DNA of 64,000 nucleotides, taken from assembly GCA_016180195.1 (NCBI GenBank), contig JACPBS010000004.1, forward strand, positions 103,391-167,390, in the 5' to 3' direction. Position numbers and translations under genes: made by a program. Positions 39,606 through 49,225 of this stretch are shown in pieces (position 1 is the first letter of the stretch; each line of letters starts with the position of its first letter). The notes under the pieces were generated by a model. That model saw nothing but the letters and a program-made list of their open reading frames with translations, was not told the DNA's origin and did no database searches. The stretch comes from Candidatus Woesearchaeota archaeon (GTDB lineage Archaea > Nanobdellota > Nanobdellia > Woesearchaeales > UBA10216).

Positions 39606-42600
39606 TGTTTTTTTTTTGGTACATCTGTTGGAGTGCAGGAATTTGAATTATCGAAAGCTGCAAAATCATTATTGTTGATTATTATTTCACAATAGTTGGA
39701 TTCTATACTTTCGGCTTTTTGTTTGCATATGTCGAAACAGTTTTCAGGCTTTTTGCTTATTTCTCCAACATTGGTAAGTGAAGGGATTCTGTAGGTATCC
39801 CCTGCTTTGTATGTTTCTCCTTCAATAATAGCATTACAAACTCTTCCTTCGGTATTTGAGAATCCCATTTTGCAAGTACAGCAGCCTTTGCATCTGTTTC
39901 GGGTGAATTCCCATCCAAAATATTGAGTTTTGCCTAAAACGAAAGTTGTATATTGTGAACATTTCTTATAAGCATATGAAAGCTCAAAAGCGGACTTATC
40001 GCAAACTAAATCCCCAAGATTTTTATAGATCCCGTCATGAATACAATTATTTTTTACTGAAAGTTTCTGCTGACAACATTCCCGATCCGATCTACCACAA
40101 GTAAGTCCTTTATTTCCGATCCACCCTTCATCACAAGTTGGACTTTCTTTACACATTCTGAAAGAAGATTCATCAGGTAAACAAGTATTTTGACCGGGCG
40201 CTTGAACATCAACATATATTGCTCTTTTATTTTTGTCGTAATCAGTCTCCACAATATTTTTTTCGCTATTGACTTCAAAATGGACTATTAATCTTTCAAA
40301 ACCAGCAATCACCGCACCCCATTCAAAACTAAATACTTGGGTCCCTCCTTTGTCAAGTCCTTGGGAATAGCTTTGATAGCCTCCTTTTTCTGAAGGCACA
40401 GAATTACCATCAATCAACCATCTTGAATTGAAGGGCATTCCTTTAGGAATGGCTTTTCCTTTATTTGTAACTGTTGCCGTGAATTTGACTTTATCTCCTT
40501 CATAGATGTTTTCTTTATCTTTGGTTATGCTTGTTACCTCAAGGTCGTAGCCTTGTGATTCGGTGGTTTTGCATTCGCCTTTTTCGCAGGCTTTTCCTGT
40601 GCAATCCTCCTGTAATAATCCTCTGCCCTTGCCTGTGCATAGCACAGCGTTGCCTTGTGAATTGCATGCCTTTTCATTTCCTTGGCTGCATCCAGCAACA
40701 TCAATTGGCAATTTGCCTTTTTCAAAGCATTCCGCAGTTTGTTTGGCGACTGGGTCTGTTGTTGTAGAGCTGCATATTTTTTTATTGTCGCAGGGAACTC
40801 TCTCCCATGCATACCCTGCATATATTTTTGCGCCTTCAATAAATACGCATGCTTCCTTAAATGCGGCATCAGATGAGCATTTTGTTTTGTAAAGGCTTGC
40901 TGAATCGCATCCATCGCTTTTGCATGCATAACCGTGTGTTGCGCATTCGCAGTTTTTGGTTAGTTTTATATATCCTTTCTCTTCGCTATATCCGCAATAG
41001 GAAAATATTCCATCTGAACATTTACTTTCAAATGTTTCAGGCTTGCATTTTTCAGTTGTTGTTTTCTCGCATTTGTTTTGAGCATTGCATACCTGTCCTT
41101 CATTGCAGCCCTTATCCTCGCTGCACTCGTTGCATTTTCCGTTTGTGCAGCCATATTGACAGTTGTTGCATCCTTCCTTGCCTTGATCTTTTATCTGGTC
41201 TGCCTTGACTCCGCACGCTGCTGTTAGGAATGCTGTCCTGCCTCCTCCTGTCCCTGTGCATTTCTGCTTATTTTGCGCTGTTTTGCTTTCTTTTATCTCG
41301 TTTCCGGTGTATGCCCATAAGTATTGGTTCCCTTTTTTGCATACCACAGCTTCGCACCCTTCCTTTCCCGATTCGCTGGATATTTGGGGGTATACTTCGG
41401 CAGTATTGCAGCAGGCAATAACCTGTTTGTCATCCTTAAGCAACGATTCGAAAGTGCCTTTTGAGGTCTCTGTCTGCCTTTTCTCCTGTTCGTATTGTTC
41501 ATGGCTCTTGACGTTGTTGTTTATGCAGTACTGCCTTGTTGCCACTGCATCTTTTAGGAGCTTAATCTGTTCGTCGTTGGGCTTCTGTGCCTCTATTGCT
41601 CCCTTTGATTCCGGTTTTTTTTGCAGTTTTTCTTCATCATAACTAACCTGTACGTTTTTGTCATTGCATTTGCAGCTTTTATATAAGAAGTCGTTTCCCT
41701 CAGGGCATTTATCGAAAATCCCTTTTCCATTTAGGGTGAATGTTCCGCTCGCTCCTGAGCATGCTTCGTAGAGGTTGATCACTGTGAATGCCAAGGTATT
41801 GTCTTCTTTTGACCTGAGCGCATCTGCCGGGAATGTTAGCGTGTATTCATTTCCTTCTTTTTCTTTTTTTATTGCCCCTTTCCCATTTAGTTCAAAATCA
41901 GCGCAGTCATCATCGCACCTTATCTTGAATTGTGCATTCTTTGCGCATGAGTTTCCCTTCTCCTGAAGCTTGAAGGTGAACTTCGCCCCTTTTTTCTTGC
42001 TTCCTGCATCACTGACTTTTCCATACCCATACCTGTCTGCTGGCGCCCCTGTTAATCCGGTCTTGCACTCGCCCAGGGAAATATCCTTGTATTCGTTAAA
42101 TATCTTTACAGTTTGTCCTTCAGGCGCATAGATTGGCCCGTCCTCAGGCATTTGTCCCTGCAGGTTAGGCTTTCCTTTTTTGACGTCATCTTCACTTCTG
42201 AGGGAGCTTCCATCCTGCTTTTTTATTACCCATTGCGGGCATCCTGTTATTCCCTCAACATAGCACGGCGCCTGGTATATGTATCCGAGTTCGGTTGTCT
42301 GCTGGTCTTCTTTGCTTCCCCCGCATCCCACTACTATTGCGAATTTTGAGAAGTGGCTCACTGTGGCTTTTACCTGGTTATTATCTTGGTCAACTTCGCT
42401 GTCCAGCGTGATCCATAGGTCTTTGTCAGGGTCATGGTATGCTATCACTAGGCTTTCCTCGGGCGTGCCTGGCGGCAGTAGGCTTGGATTGTAGCTGATG
42501 GTCATCTTGATTGCGGGGCTAAAAGAGGCACCTTCTGGAAGGGCTTCGTACACGACTCCTCCGAATACAACTGAGTTTTCCAGGTTGTCGAATTTTTTGT

Positions 42601-43183
42601 CCAGCATCCTGATGCTCATTCCTGAGATTGCGCTTCCATCCCTTGTTGCTTTTGTTCCTGCTTCTATTTTTATTTCAGCATTCTTGTCTCCGGATAGGAG
42701 TATTGTTGGTTCAGTTACCTCTGTTTGGTCCTGGCTGAATGCTGTTGATGATTCCCTTTTTATGTACTCGTTGAAGTTCTGGAAGCTTATGGTTCCGCCT
42801 TTCCTGCTTATCGTGATGGGATATGTTGTCTTCGCTGAGAATATTTCATCAGATAGCCTGATTTCCGTGTTTATTGCTGATTGGTGTATCTCCAATCCAT
42901 TCTTGTTGAATTGGGATAGATCTGCGCATTCTCTGAGCTTGGCCTCTATGTATTCGCTTTGGATTTCATTAACATCGTTGTTAAGCCCGAATGATTCCGC
43001 TTCGACCAGCTTTTCCCTGAGGCATGTTCCCACGTAGCTTTGGATGAACAGGCCTTCCTGCTGTAGCTCTATTTTACCTGAATTGGCCTGGGGAGGGTTT
43101 CTTGAGATGATGAGAAGTCCTGTTACAAGAAGGATTATCAGCCCTATTATTATGAATAATGAAACCTGCCCTCTTTTCAGCAT
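39602..43183 (-). CDS. Giant pilin-like-anchored Cys-rich surface protein with CARDB-like domain; paralog of 34358-39292
   Basis: KRGQ-VSLFIIIGL; shared N-terminal region (..HFS..A...GCG); DLEVTSI..ATVTNKG..IVETDYDKN CARDB pattern. Confidence 0.82.
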   Translation of the reverse strand: MLKRGQVSLFIIIGLIILLVTGLLIISRNPPQANSGKIELQQEGLFIQSYVGTCLREKLVEAESFGLNNDVNEIQSEYIEAKLRECADLSQFNKNGLEIHQSAINTEIRLSDEIFSAKTTYPITISRKGGTISFQNFNEYIKRESSTAFSQDQTEVTEPTILLSGDKNAEIKIEAGTKATRDGSAISGMSIRMLDKKFDNLENSVVFGGVVYEALPEGASFSPAIKMTISYNPSLLPPGTPEESLVIAYHDPDKDLWITLDSEVDQDNNQVKATVSHFSKFAIVVGCGGSKEDQQTTELGYIYQAPCYVEGITGCPQWVIKKQDGSSLRSEDDVKKGKPNLQGQMPEDGPIYAPEGQTVKIFNEYKDISLGECKTGLTGAPADRYGYGKVSDAGSKKKGAKFTFKLQEKGNSCAKNAQFKIRCDDDCADFELNGKGAIKKEKEGNEYTLTFPADALRSKEDNTLAFTVINLYEACSGASGTFTLNGKGIFDKCPEGNDFLYKSCKCNDKNVQVSYDEEKLQKKPESKGAIEAQKPNDEQIKLLKDAVATRQYCINNNVKSHEQYEQEKRQTETSKGTFESLLKDDKQVIACCNTAEVYPQISSESGKEGCEAVVCKKGNQYLWAYTGNEIKESKTAQNKQKCTGTGGGRTAFLTAACGVKADQIKDQGKEGCNNCQYGCTNGKCNECSEDKGCNEGQVCNAQNKCEKTTTEKCKPETFESKCSDGIFSYCGYSEEKGYIKLTKNCECATHGYACKSDGCDSASLYKTKCSSDAAFKEACVFIEGAKIYAGYAWERVPCDNKKICSSTTTDPVAKQTAECFEKGKLPIDVAGCSQGNEKACNSQGNAVLCTGKGRGLLQEDCTGKACEKGECKTTESQGYDLEVTSITKDKENIYEGDKVKFTATVTNKGKAIPKGMPFNSRWLIDGNSVPSEKGGYQSYSQGLDKGGTQVFSFEWGAVIAGFERLIVHFEVNSEKNIVETDYDKNKRAIYVDVQAPGQNTCLPDESSFRMCKESPTCDEGWIGNKGLTCGRSDRECCQQKLSVKNNCIHDGIYKNLGDLVCDKSAFELSYAYKKCSQYTTFVLGKTQYFGWEFTRNRCKGCCTCKMGFSNTEGRVCNAIIEGETYKAGDTYRIPSLTNVGEISKKPENCFDICKQKAESIESNYCEIIINNNDFAAFDNSNSCTPTDVPKKKQ

Positions 43184-43704
43184 TTTTCACTTCTATTCAG
43201 GTTGTTATTTAAATATTTGTCTTTGGATAATGCAGTCAATAGCCACGGCACATATTTTTTTTTGTCAGGTTGGATTTCCTCTTTTTTTGCTTTTTTTAGT
43301 TCTGAGATTTCCTCAGAGTCCGGGTTTATTTTCCCGTTATGGCTGCATTCCAGCACTGCGCATATCTCGTTTTCGATTCCCTTGTTGTCATATTTTGCTG
43401 CATACCTGAACTTGAACCTGTATTTCGGATCGCAGCTTATCCCTAACTCTTCTTTTATCCTTCTTTTTGCTGCCTGCTCGTACGTTTCGCCTTCCCTAAC
43501 ATGGCTTGCTACCGTTCCATCCCAGTAGCCTGGCCAAAGCCTTTTTTTCTTGCTTCTTCTCGCAAGGATGAGGTTTGAGTCTGAATCGTAAACCATCGCA
43601 ATAAATCCGCGGTGCAGAATCCCCTTGCCATCGTGGCACTTTTCCTTGTCTTCGGTTCCCAGAAAGTTGTCTTTTTCATCTACCACCACTATGTCTTCCC
43701 TCAT
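43177..43704 (-). CDS. idi: Isopentenyl-diphosphate delta-isomerase type 1 / Nudix-fold enzyme
   Basis: KEKCH...LHRGF, K.LWPGYWD.TVASH, AAKRRIKEELGI, ENEIC, PW motifs. Confidence 0.72.
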   Translation of the reverse strand: MREDIVVVDEKDNFLGTEDKEKCHDGKGILHRGFIAMVYDSDSNLILARRSKKKRLWPGYWDGTVASHVREGETYEQAAKRRIKEELGISCDPKYRFKFRYAAKYDNKGIENEICAVLECSHNGKINPDSEEISELKKAKKEEIQPDKKKYVPWLLTALSKDKYLNNNLNRSEKC

Positions 43705-43783
43705 GGTCTTTTTTCAGGTCGGGGATTATTTAAATTATTCGGTGAAGAAAATTATATAAAACATCCGGGTTATTCTGTTTTCT

Positions 43784-45157
43784 ATGCATGGGAAGCTTAA
43801 GGTGGGCCTGGAGGTTCATGGGTATTTGAACAGCGGCTTCAAGCTGTTCTGCAATTGCAGGGTAGATGCCAATGCCCCGCCTAATACGACGATTTGTCCT
43901 GTTTGCACTTCGCAGCCAGGGAGCAAGCCCATGCTTCCATATCGGGGCGCGTTGGATAAGATTGTTGCTATTGCTCTTATGCTTGGCTGCAGGCTTAACA
44001 GGCGGCTTCTTTTTCAGAGGAAGCATTATTCGTGGCCTGATCTCCCAGCAGGTTATCAGAGGACGATTTCGGGAAGCTATTCGTTTCCTGTCGGTGTTGA
44101 TGGCAGCTTTTTGGGGATAGGTATTTGTGATGTGCATCTTGAGGAGGACCCTGCAAGGTGGGATCCTGAGACTGGCTTTGTGGATTACAACAGGTCAGGA
44201 TATCCTCTTGTGGAGATCGTGACCAATCCCGAATTTGTTTCTTCTGCTCAGGTCAGGGATTGGCTGAAAAAGCTTCTTACCACTTTGTCTTACATCAAGG
44301 CTATAACTCCTGATGCAGGCATTAAGTGTGATGTTAACGTTTCAGTGGGACCTGAATTCAAAAGGGTGGAGATTAAGAACGTGAATTCGTTGAAGGCGAT
44401 TGTTTCCGCAATTGATTATGAATCCAGGGTTCAGCTTAAGGCAATAGGTCTTGGAAAACAGGTTCTGCAGGAGACTAAGGCTTGGGATGACCGTCTTCAG
44501 GAGACTGTTTTCATGAGGGCTAAGGAGGCTGCAATGGATTATATGTTTATCCCGGAGCCCGATCTCCCTGTAATCACCATTACCGAGGCTTATTCTAAGC
44601 AGATCGAGTCTTCTCTTCCTGAAAAGCCTCACGATAAGCTGGAGAGGTATGTTAATGATCTTGGGGTTGAAAGGTCTGATGCAGAGGTTATTTCATCAGA
44701 TATTTTGCTGGCCGGGCTTTTTGAGAAGGTTTGCAGGAATATAAGCCCGGTGTTTGCTTCGCGCTGGTTCAGGAAGGAGCTTCTGAGGGTGATGAATTAT
44801 TTGAAGAAGGATGTGGATGAACTGGGTTTTGATGAATCGCACATCACGCAGCTGCTTGCCCTTTTGGTGTCCAGGAAGATTAGCGATGAGACCGGAAGAT
44901 CTTTAATTGAAAAGCTTGCTGAAGGGCCTTTTGATGTGGATAAATTTGTCAAGGAAGAGAATCTCGAAATCATTTCCGCTGAAGAAGACATCGGAAAGCT
45001 GTGTGATGAAGTAATTAGGATGAGCCCTCAGGCAGTGAATGACTACAGGATGGGGGAATCCAGGTCTCTAAATTTCCTTGTCGGTCAGGTTGTCGCAAGA
45101 ACAAGGGGAAGGGCTGATGCCCGGATTGTCAGGGAGATTATTCTAAAAAAATTGTAG
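43784..45157 (+). CDS. gatB: Asp-tRNA(Asn)/Glu-tRNA(Gln) amidotransferase subunit B
   Basis: GLEVH, KLFC, RKHYSWPDLP, HLEED, DYNRSG.PLVEIVT, VEIKNVNS, YMFIPEPDLP. Confidence 0.95.
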   Translation: MHGKLKVGLEVHGYLNSGFKLFCNCRVDANAPPNTTICPVCTSQPGSKPMLPYRGALDKIVAIALMLGCRLNRRLLFQRKHYSWPDLPAGYQRTISGSYSFPVGVDGSFLGIGICDVHLEEDPARWDPETGFVDYNRSGYPLVEIVTNPEFVSSAQVRDWLKKLLTTLSYIKAITPDAGIKCDVNVSVGPEFKRVEIKNVNSLKAIVSAIDYESRVQLKAIGLGKQVLQETKAWDDRLQETVFMRAKEAAMDYMFIPEPDLPVITITEAYSKQIESSLPEKPHDKLERYVNDLGVERSDAEVISSDILLAGLFEKVCRNISPVFASRWFRKELLRVMNYLKKDVDELGFDESHITQLLALLVSRKISDETGRSLIEKLAEGPFDVDKFVKEENLEIISAEEDIGKLCDEVIRMSPQAVNDYRMGESRSLNFLVGQVVARTRGRADARIVREIILKKL

Positions 45158-45284
45158 GTCTTTTATGGTTGCAGTTTTTTTCTGAAGAATGTACGGGTTT
45201 TGCCTGGATTTTTGCATTTTTTCGCCACTGTTTTCCGGTTTTTCACCCGTAAATCTTGTTTAATTAATATTCCATAATTCAATT

Positions 45285-46472
45285 ATGGCATCGTATCGCG
45301 TCCATTATCATAGGCTTGAGCTGGCAAGAAGAAATATTCTTGAGAAGGAAATTATTAGGGGGAAAAGGGAGGGGAATTCATTGGAGGTGATTGTCGAGTT
45401 TGAATCCGGGAAAAAAGACAGGGCTTATTCCAGGCTTTCATCGCTAGGCAGGGTCAATCACGTTTTCGATTTTATCCCATATATGTCATTATTGGCAGAT
45501 GCTGCTGATTTGGAGGGCTTGCTGAAGGGGTGTAGCAGGGGTTTTTCGGAGTTGAGGGGATTTGTGAGGAAAGTTGAGTTTTCGTCATGTTTCTCCATCC
45601 CTAAGCCGTCAAAAAGAAGGCTGGATCGCGATGTTTGGAATCTTGAGAACATTGGTGTTTACGATGCAAGGCAGTATTGTGATGGTGAGGGCGTAAAAAT
45701 CGCAGTCATTGATACTGGGGTTGATTACACTCATCCAGAGGTAAGGGGGAGGTTTGGCAGGGTTAAGGGTTTTGACTTTGTCAAGAACTGTGACAACCCG
45801 ATGGACATGAATGGGCATGGCACGCATGTTGCAGGGATTTGTGCAGGAAATAATTACGGAATTGCAACAGGATCTGATTTGTATGCAATCCGTGTGCTTG
45901 ATGAAAACGGTTCTGGTTCTGAGAGCAACGTGATAGCGGGAATTGAGTGGGCTCTGAAAAACGGGGCTGATGTTGCCAATCTGAGCCTTGGAAGCCCTGT
46001 TGCTTCAAGCGCGTTTGAGGATATCTGCTATTATTCGTGGAAGCACGGGTTGATTATTGTTGCCGCAGCCGGGAATAACGGAGGGGAGTATGCAATGTAT
46101 CCGGCTGCTTTCGGCGAGCCTGTAGTCGCTGTAGCAGCGGTTGACCGGTATAACAATCATGCTGGCTTCAGCAATGTATGCATAACTAATGATGTTTCTG
46201 CTCCTGGTGTCTCGATTACCTCTGCTTATCTTAACGGTTCGTATGCAACTTTGGATGGGACATCTATGGCGTGTCCTCATGTTTCAGGATCGCTTGCTTT
46301 GGCAGTTCCTTTGCTGAGGGGCAGGGATCCTTTCAAGGTATTGGAATCCAGTTGCGAGGATATAGGTTCAGACCGCGAGGTTTTCGGGGCAGGCCTTATT
46401 CGCGCGGATCGCATGGTTTTGGATTTGCAGCCAAGAGGATTTGCTGAAAGGCTGAAAAGCCTTGTTTGGTGA
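45285..46472 (+). CDS. Subtilisin-like serine protease (S8), no signal peptide
   Basis: Catalytic triad in VIDTG, HGTHVAG and GTSMACPHV; oxyanion AAAGN. Confidence 0.93.
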   Translation: MASYRVHYHRLELARRNILEKEIIRGKREGNSLEVIVEFESGKKDRAYSRLSSLGRVNHVFDFIPYMSLLADAADLEGLLKGCSRGFSELRGFVRKVEFSSCFSIPKPSKRRLDRDVWNLENIGVYDARQYCDGEGVKIAVIDTGVDYTHPEVRGRFGRVKGFDFVKNCDNPMDMNGHGTHVAGICAGNNYGIATGSDLYAIRVLDENGSGSESNVIAGIEWALKNGADVANLSLGSPVASSAFEDICYYSWKHGLIIVAAAGNNGGEYAMYPAAFGEPVVAVAAVDRYNNHAGFSNVCITNDVSAPGVSITSAYLNGSYATLDGTSMACPHVSGSLALAVPLLRGRDPFKVLESSCEDIGSDREVFGAGLIRADRMVLDLQPRGFAERLKSLVW

Positions 46473-46672
46473 TGTTTATGGAGGGTGGTTATTACATATG
46501 CTTGGATAATTTAGAGGATGCAGGGAGGATTGTTTCTGAATTCCGCATAAGCGAATGGAGGCTTTTCGAGGGAATAAAAAGGATGTATGTAGTCATTCCT
46601 GATGATTTGGCTGAGAAGCTTTCGAGATCATACTTGGTAGAGCGCGAGCCTAAGCCCGGTGTGTGGGTTTGA
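46472..46672 (+). CDS. Small protein coupled to the subtilase (possibly I9 propeptide/inhibitor-like)
   Basis: TGATG overlap with the protease stop; 66 aa alpha/beta pattern ending YLVEREPK. Confidence 0.5.
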   Translation: MFMEGGYYICLDNLEDAGRIVSEFRISEWRLFEGIKRMYVVIPDDLAEKLSRSYLVEREPKPGVWV

Positions 46673-47852
46673 TGCTGATGCCGAGAACTGCTTCTGCCTC
46701 ATCAATTATCCTTCGCTCAAAGTCAGCCAGCCTTTCACCTTCTTCTTTTTCCATGCTCAGGGACTTGACCAGTCCAATGATCTTTTCGGTTTCATTTTCC
46801 ACGGTTCCTGTTTTTCCATGTTTGCTTATCAATGATTGCTCTATCTCATCTACAGTCCCCAGCTCTTCTTGTTTTGAGTCATTGAAGAACTCGCTGGAGA
46901 GTGCAGAGGTGTTCTTGAGTATGCAGTGGCATCCTTTAGTGTAGAATGAATCGAAAACGCTTTTCATGTTTATGTCTGTTGTCTTTCCGGATTTTATGAG
47001 CCCTGAAAGCCTGATTGTAAGGATGGTGTTTATGTACTCTCTTCCTTTTGTCTTCTCAATCAGTTCATTTTCAATCTGCGGAGGCGTTTTTCCTGTGCAG
47101 TTCATGTTGATTGATTCAAAGTTGTGCAGGACTATGGGCTTGTAGCTCGCCTTGAGCTCTGTTCCTGTTTCAACAATGTAGAATCCTCCGTTCCCTGTTT
47201 TTTCAAGCTCTTCAAAATTGTTGGGGAATAGCGGGCCAGGGTATGCGATAAGGCCATAGCCTTCTTCATGCTTCTTGAATGCTGAATGTATATGCCCTCC
47301 TGCATAGTAGCTGAATTTCTTCGGGAATCTGGTTATGGAAATCGCATCGATTTGCTGTTCGGGCATGTATTCCTTTATCCCTGAGTGGAACATGAATATC
47401 TTGAACCCGTCCTCTTTTTCCAGTTCCTCTTTTTGCATTTCTGTGTATTCCGATTTTTCCAATCCCCCTTTTTTCCCCAGGATTCCGGCTATCTTTGCTC
47501 CTGTCCGTATGTCCAGGGTGAAGGAGTTTTTTTTAACGCTCTTGAAAAGGCCTGCTTCCTCAAGAACGTCCAGCATCGTTTTTCCGGTCGGGCTGAAATC
47601 ATGGCTTCCTGCTATTACATAGACCGGGATTCCTGATTCCTTGGCTTCCTTGAGCTTGGAAACAGCGCTTTTAAGCTTGTCTATAGCGGGGATGGAAGTG
47701 TCAAATAGGTCTCCTGAGATCAGTATGAAATCTGTTTTTTCCTTGATGCAAATATCTATTGCATGGCAGAACGCATTTATGCTTGCATCTGAGAGCTTGG
47801 AAGTCCTTTGCCAGCTCCCGATGTGGCAGTCAGCAAGGTGGGCGAACTTCAT
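46650..47852 (-). CDS. mre11: Mre11/SbcD nuclease
   Basis: ADCHIG, SGDLFD, AGSHD, FMFH, GGHIH, YPG phosphoesterase motifs. Confidence 0.9.
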   Translation of the reverse strand: MKFAHLADCHIGSWQRTSKLSDASINAFCHAIDICIKEKTDFILISGDLFDTSIPAIDKLKSAVSKLKEAKESGIPVYVIAGSHDFSPTGKTMLDVLEEAGLFKSVKKNSFTLDIRTGAKIAGILGKKGGLEKSEYTEMQKEELEKEDGFKIFMFHSGIKEYMPEQQIDAISITRFPKKFSYYAGGHIHSAFKKHEEGYGLIAYPGPLFPNNFEELEKTGNGGFYIVETGTELKASYKPIVLHNFESINMNCTGKTPPQIENELIEKTKGREYINTILTIRLSGLIKSGKTTDINMKSVFDSFYTKGCHCILKNTSALSSEFFNDSKQEELGTVDEIEQSLISKHGKTGTVENETEKIIGLVKSLSMEKEEGERLADFERRIIDEAEAVLGISIKPTHRA

Positions 47853-47899
47853 GGAACAACAGCGGTTTTGTTGGCTATAAATAGTTTTAGACTGGCGAA

Positions 47900-48931
47900 T
47901 TAGATTATCTTCATTGACTTAATGATTTGTCCTGCATATCTTGTTAATGCACTGAGTCCAGTATTCCCCGCGTAAATGTAGCAGTTGTAGAAGCACCCTT
48001 TGCATTGCCTTCTCGCATCTGCTATGTTCTGCTGAAATTCCGGTGTGGATGCTATTGAGTCTATTGATTTCACAGAGAGGAATTCAATCCCTGTTTGCCT
48101 CCATTCCTGGCATGGATGCATTCTTCCTTCTGGCCCTATGGTTACGAACTTGTTTCCGTTTGGGTCGCAGTGGAATCCTCTTTCATAGTTGTCCGCTAGG
48201 TTGGGTGATTCCCCGTATTCCTTCACGATTGAGAAGAAGTTGGCTATTCTCCCGAGAGACGCAAGCCCGCGAACAGTCTTCTCAATGTCCTCCCTGTCAG
48301 GCCTGGCTTCATCATTGGATGAAAACTGCCCGTTGTTATATGTGGGAAGGTGGAGGTTGAAGAAAGCGCCTGACGCAATTGTTGACCTTGCAACTTCGAC
48401 AGCTTCCTCTGCATGCCCTGCCTCAAGCAGGTAGTTTACAAACGGAAGTATTCTGGGTATTCGTCCGTTCTTTGCCCTGCGGGGATTTCTCATCCTTCTC
48501 ATGATTTCCAGGAGTTCTGGCCAGTTTCTTTGATTATGATAGGATATATTGGCCCGTATAAGCCCGTTGCACGCAAGGAACTCTGCAATGTCCAGATCAA
48601 GCTTTTGTCCGTTTGTGTTTATTACGATCTCCAGCCCTGCCCTGTATCCGTAATTCACTATCTCTATTATGTTCGGGTGCTCCAGCGGCTCCCCTCCTGT
48701 CAGACTTACATACCTGGCTCCGAGGTCGGTTGCGTGGTCGAATACCTGTTTTGCCTTTGCCACGCTCATTTCATTTCCTTGCCCAAGTTTGTTGTTGCAA
48801 TGGGTGCATGACATCCCGCATTGTTCTGTTATAACAACCTGCAGTATCTTGATCTTGGATTTCCAGATGCCTTGTGCAAGCATTAATTCATTGAAATATC
48901 CCTTTGTCCCTGCCTTGAATGTTATGTCCAT
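47900..48931 (-). CDS. Radical SAM protein with C-terminal SPASM/twitch-like Cys cluster
   Basis: CGMSCTHC, TGGEP, NTNG; C..HPC..CKGCFYNC. Confidence 0.88.
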   Translation of the reverse strand: MDITFKAGTKGYFNELMLAQGIWKSKIKILQVVITEQCGMSCTHCNNKLGQGNEMSVAKAKQVFDHATDLGARYVSLTGGEPLEHPNIIEIVNYGYRAGLEIVINTNGQKLDLDIAEFLACNGLIRANISYHNQRNWPELLEIMRRMRNPRRAKNGRIPRILPFVNYLLEAGHAEEAVEVARSTIASGAFFNLHLPTYNNGQFSSNDEARPDREDIEKTVRGLASLGRIANFFSIVKEYGESPNLADNYERGFHCDPNGNKFVTIGPEGRMHPCQEWRQTGIEFLSVKSIDSIASTPEFQQNIADARRQCKGCFYNCYIYAGNTGLSALTRYAGQIIKSMKII

Positions 48932-49003
48932 GCGCTTGGCCTGAAATTTAAAAATAAAAAAGTTTTTATATTACCCTCTTCATAGATTCGTTAATAAAAA
49001 GAG

Positions 49004-49225
49004 GTGAAGTATTTGCCTGCAGATCTGCAAGTAATTATATTGTCAATAATCATTGGAACCCTGCTCGCCATAGTTTGGTCTCTGCGGGTGCTTGTTCTGA
49101 TGGAGAGAAGGATTGCCCGGATGGATGAGAATCTCCTCAAGATAGCTAAGAGAATAGCAAGGGAAGAGTTCAAGATTGAGAAAGAGGAGAAGAAGATAGA
49201 GAGGGAAATCAGGAAAAGGAAGTAG
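49004..49225 (+). CDS. Small single-TM coiled-coil protein
   Basis: IIIGTLLAIVWSLRVLVLMERRIARMD followed by a charged tail. Confidence 0.7.
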   Translation: MKYLPADLQVIILSIIIGTLLAIVWSLRVLVLMERRIARMDENLLKIAKRIAREEFKIEKEEKKIEREIRKRK

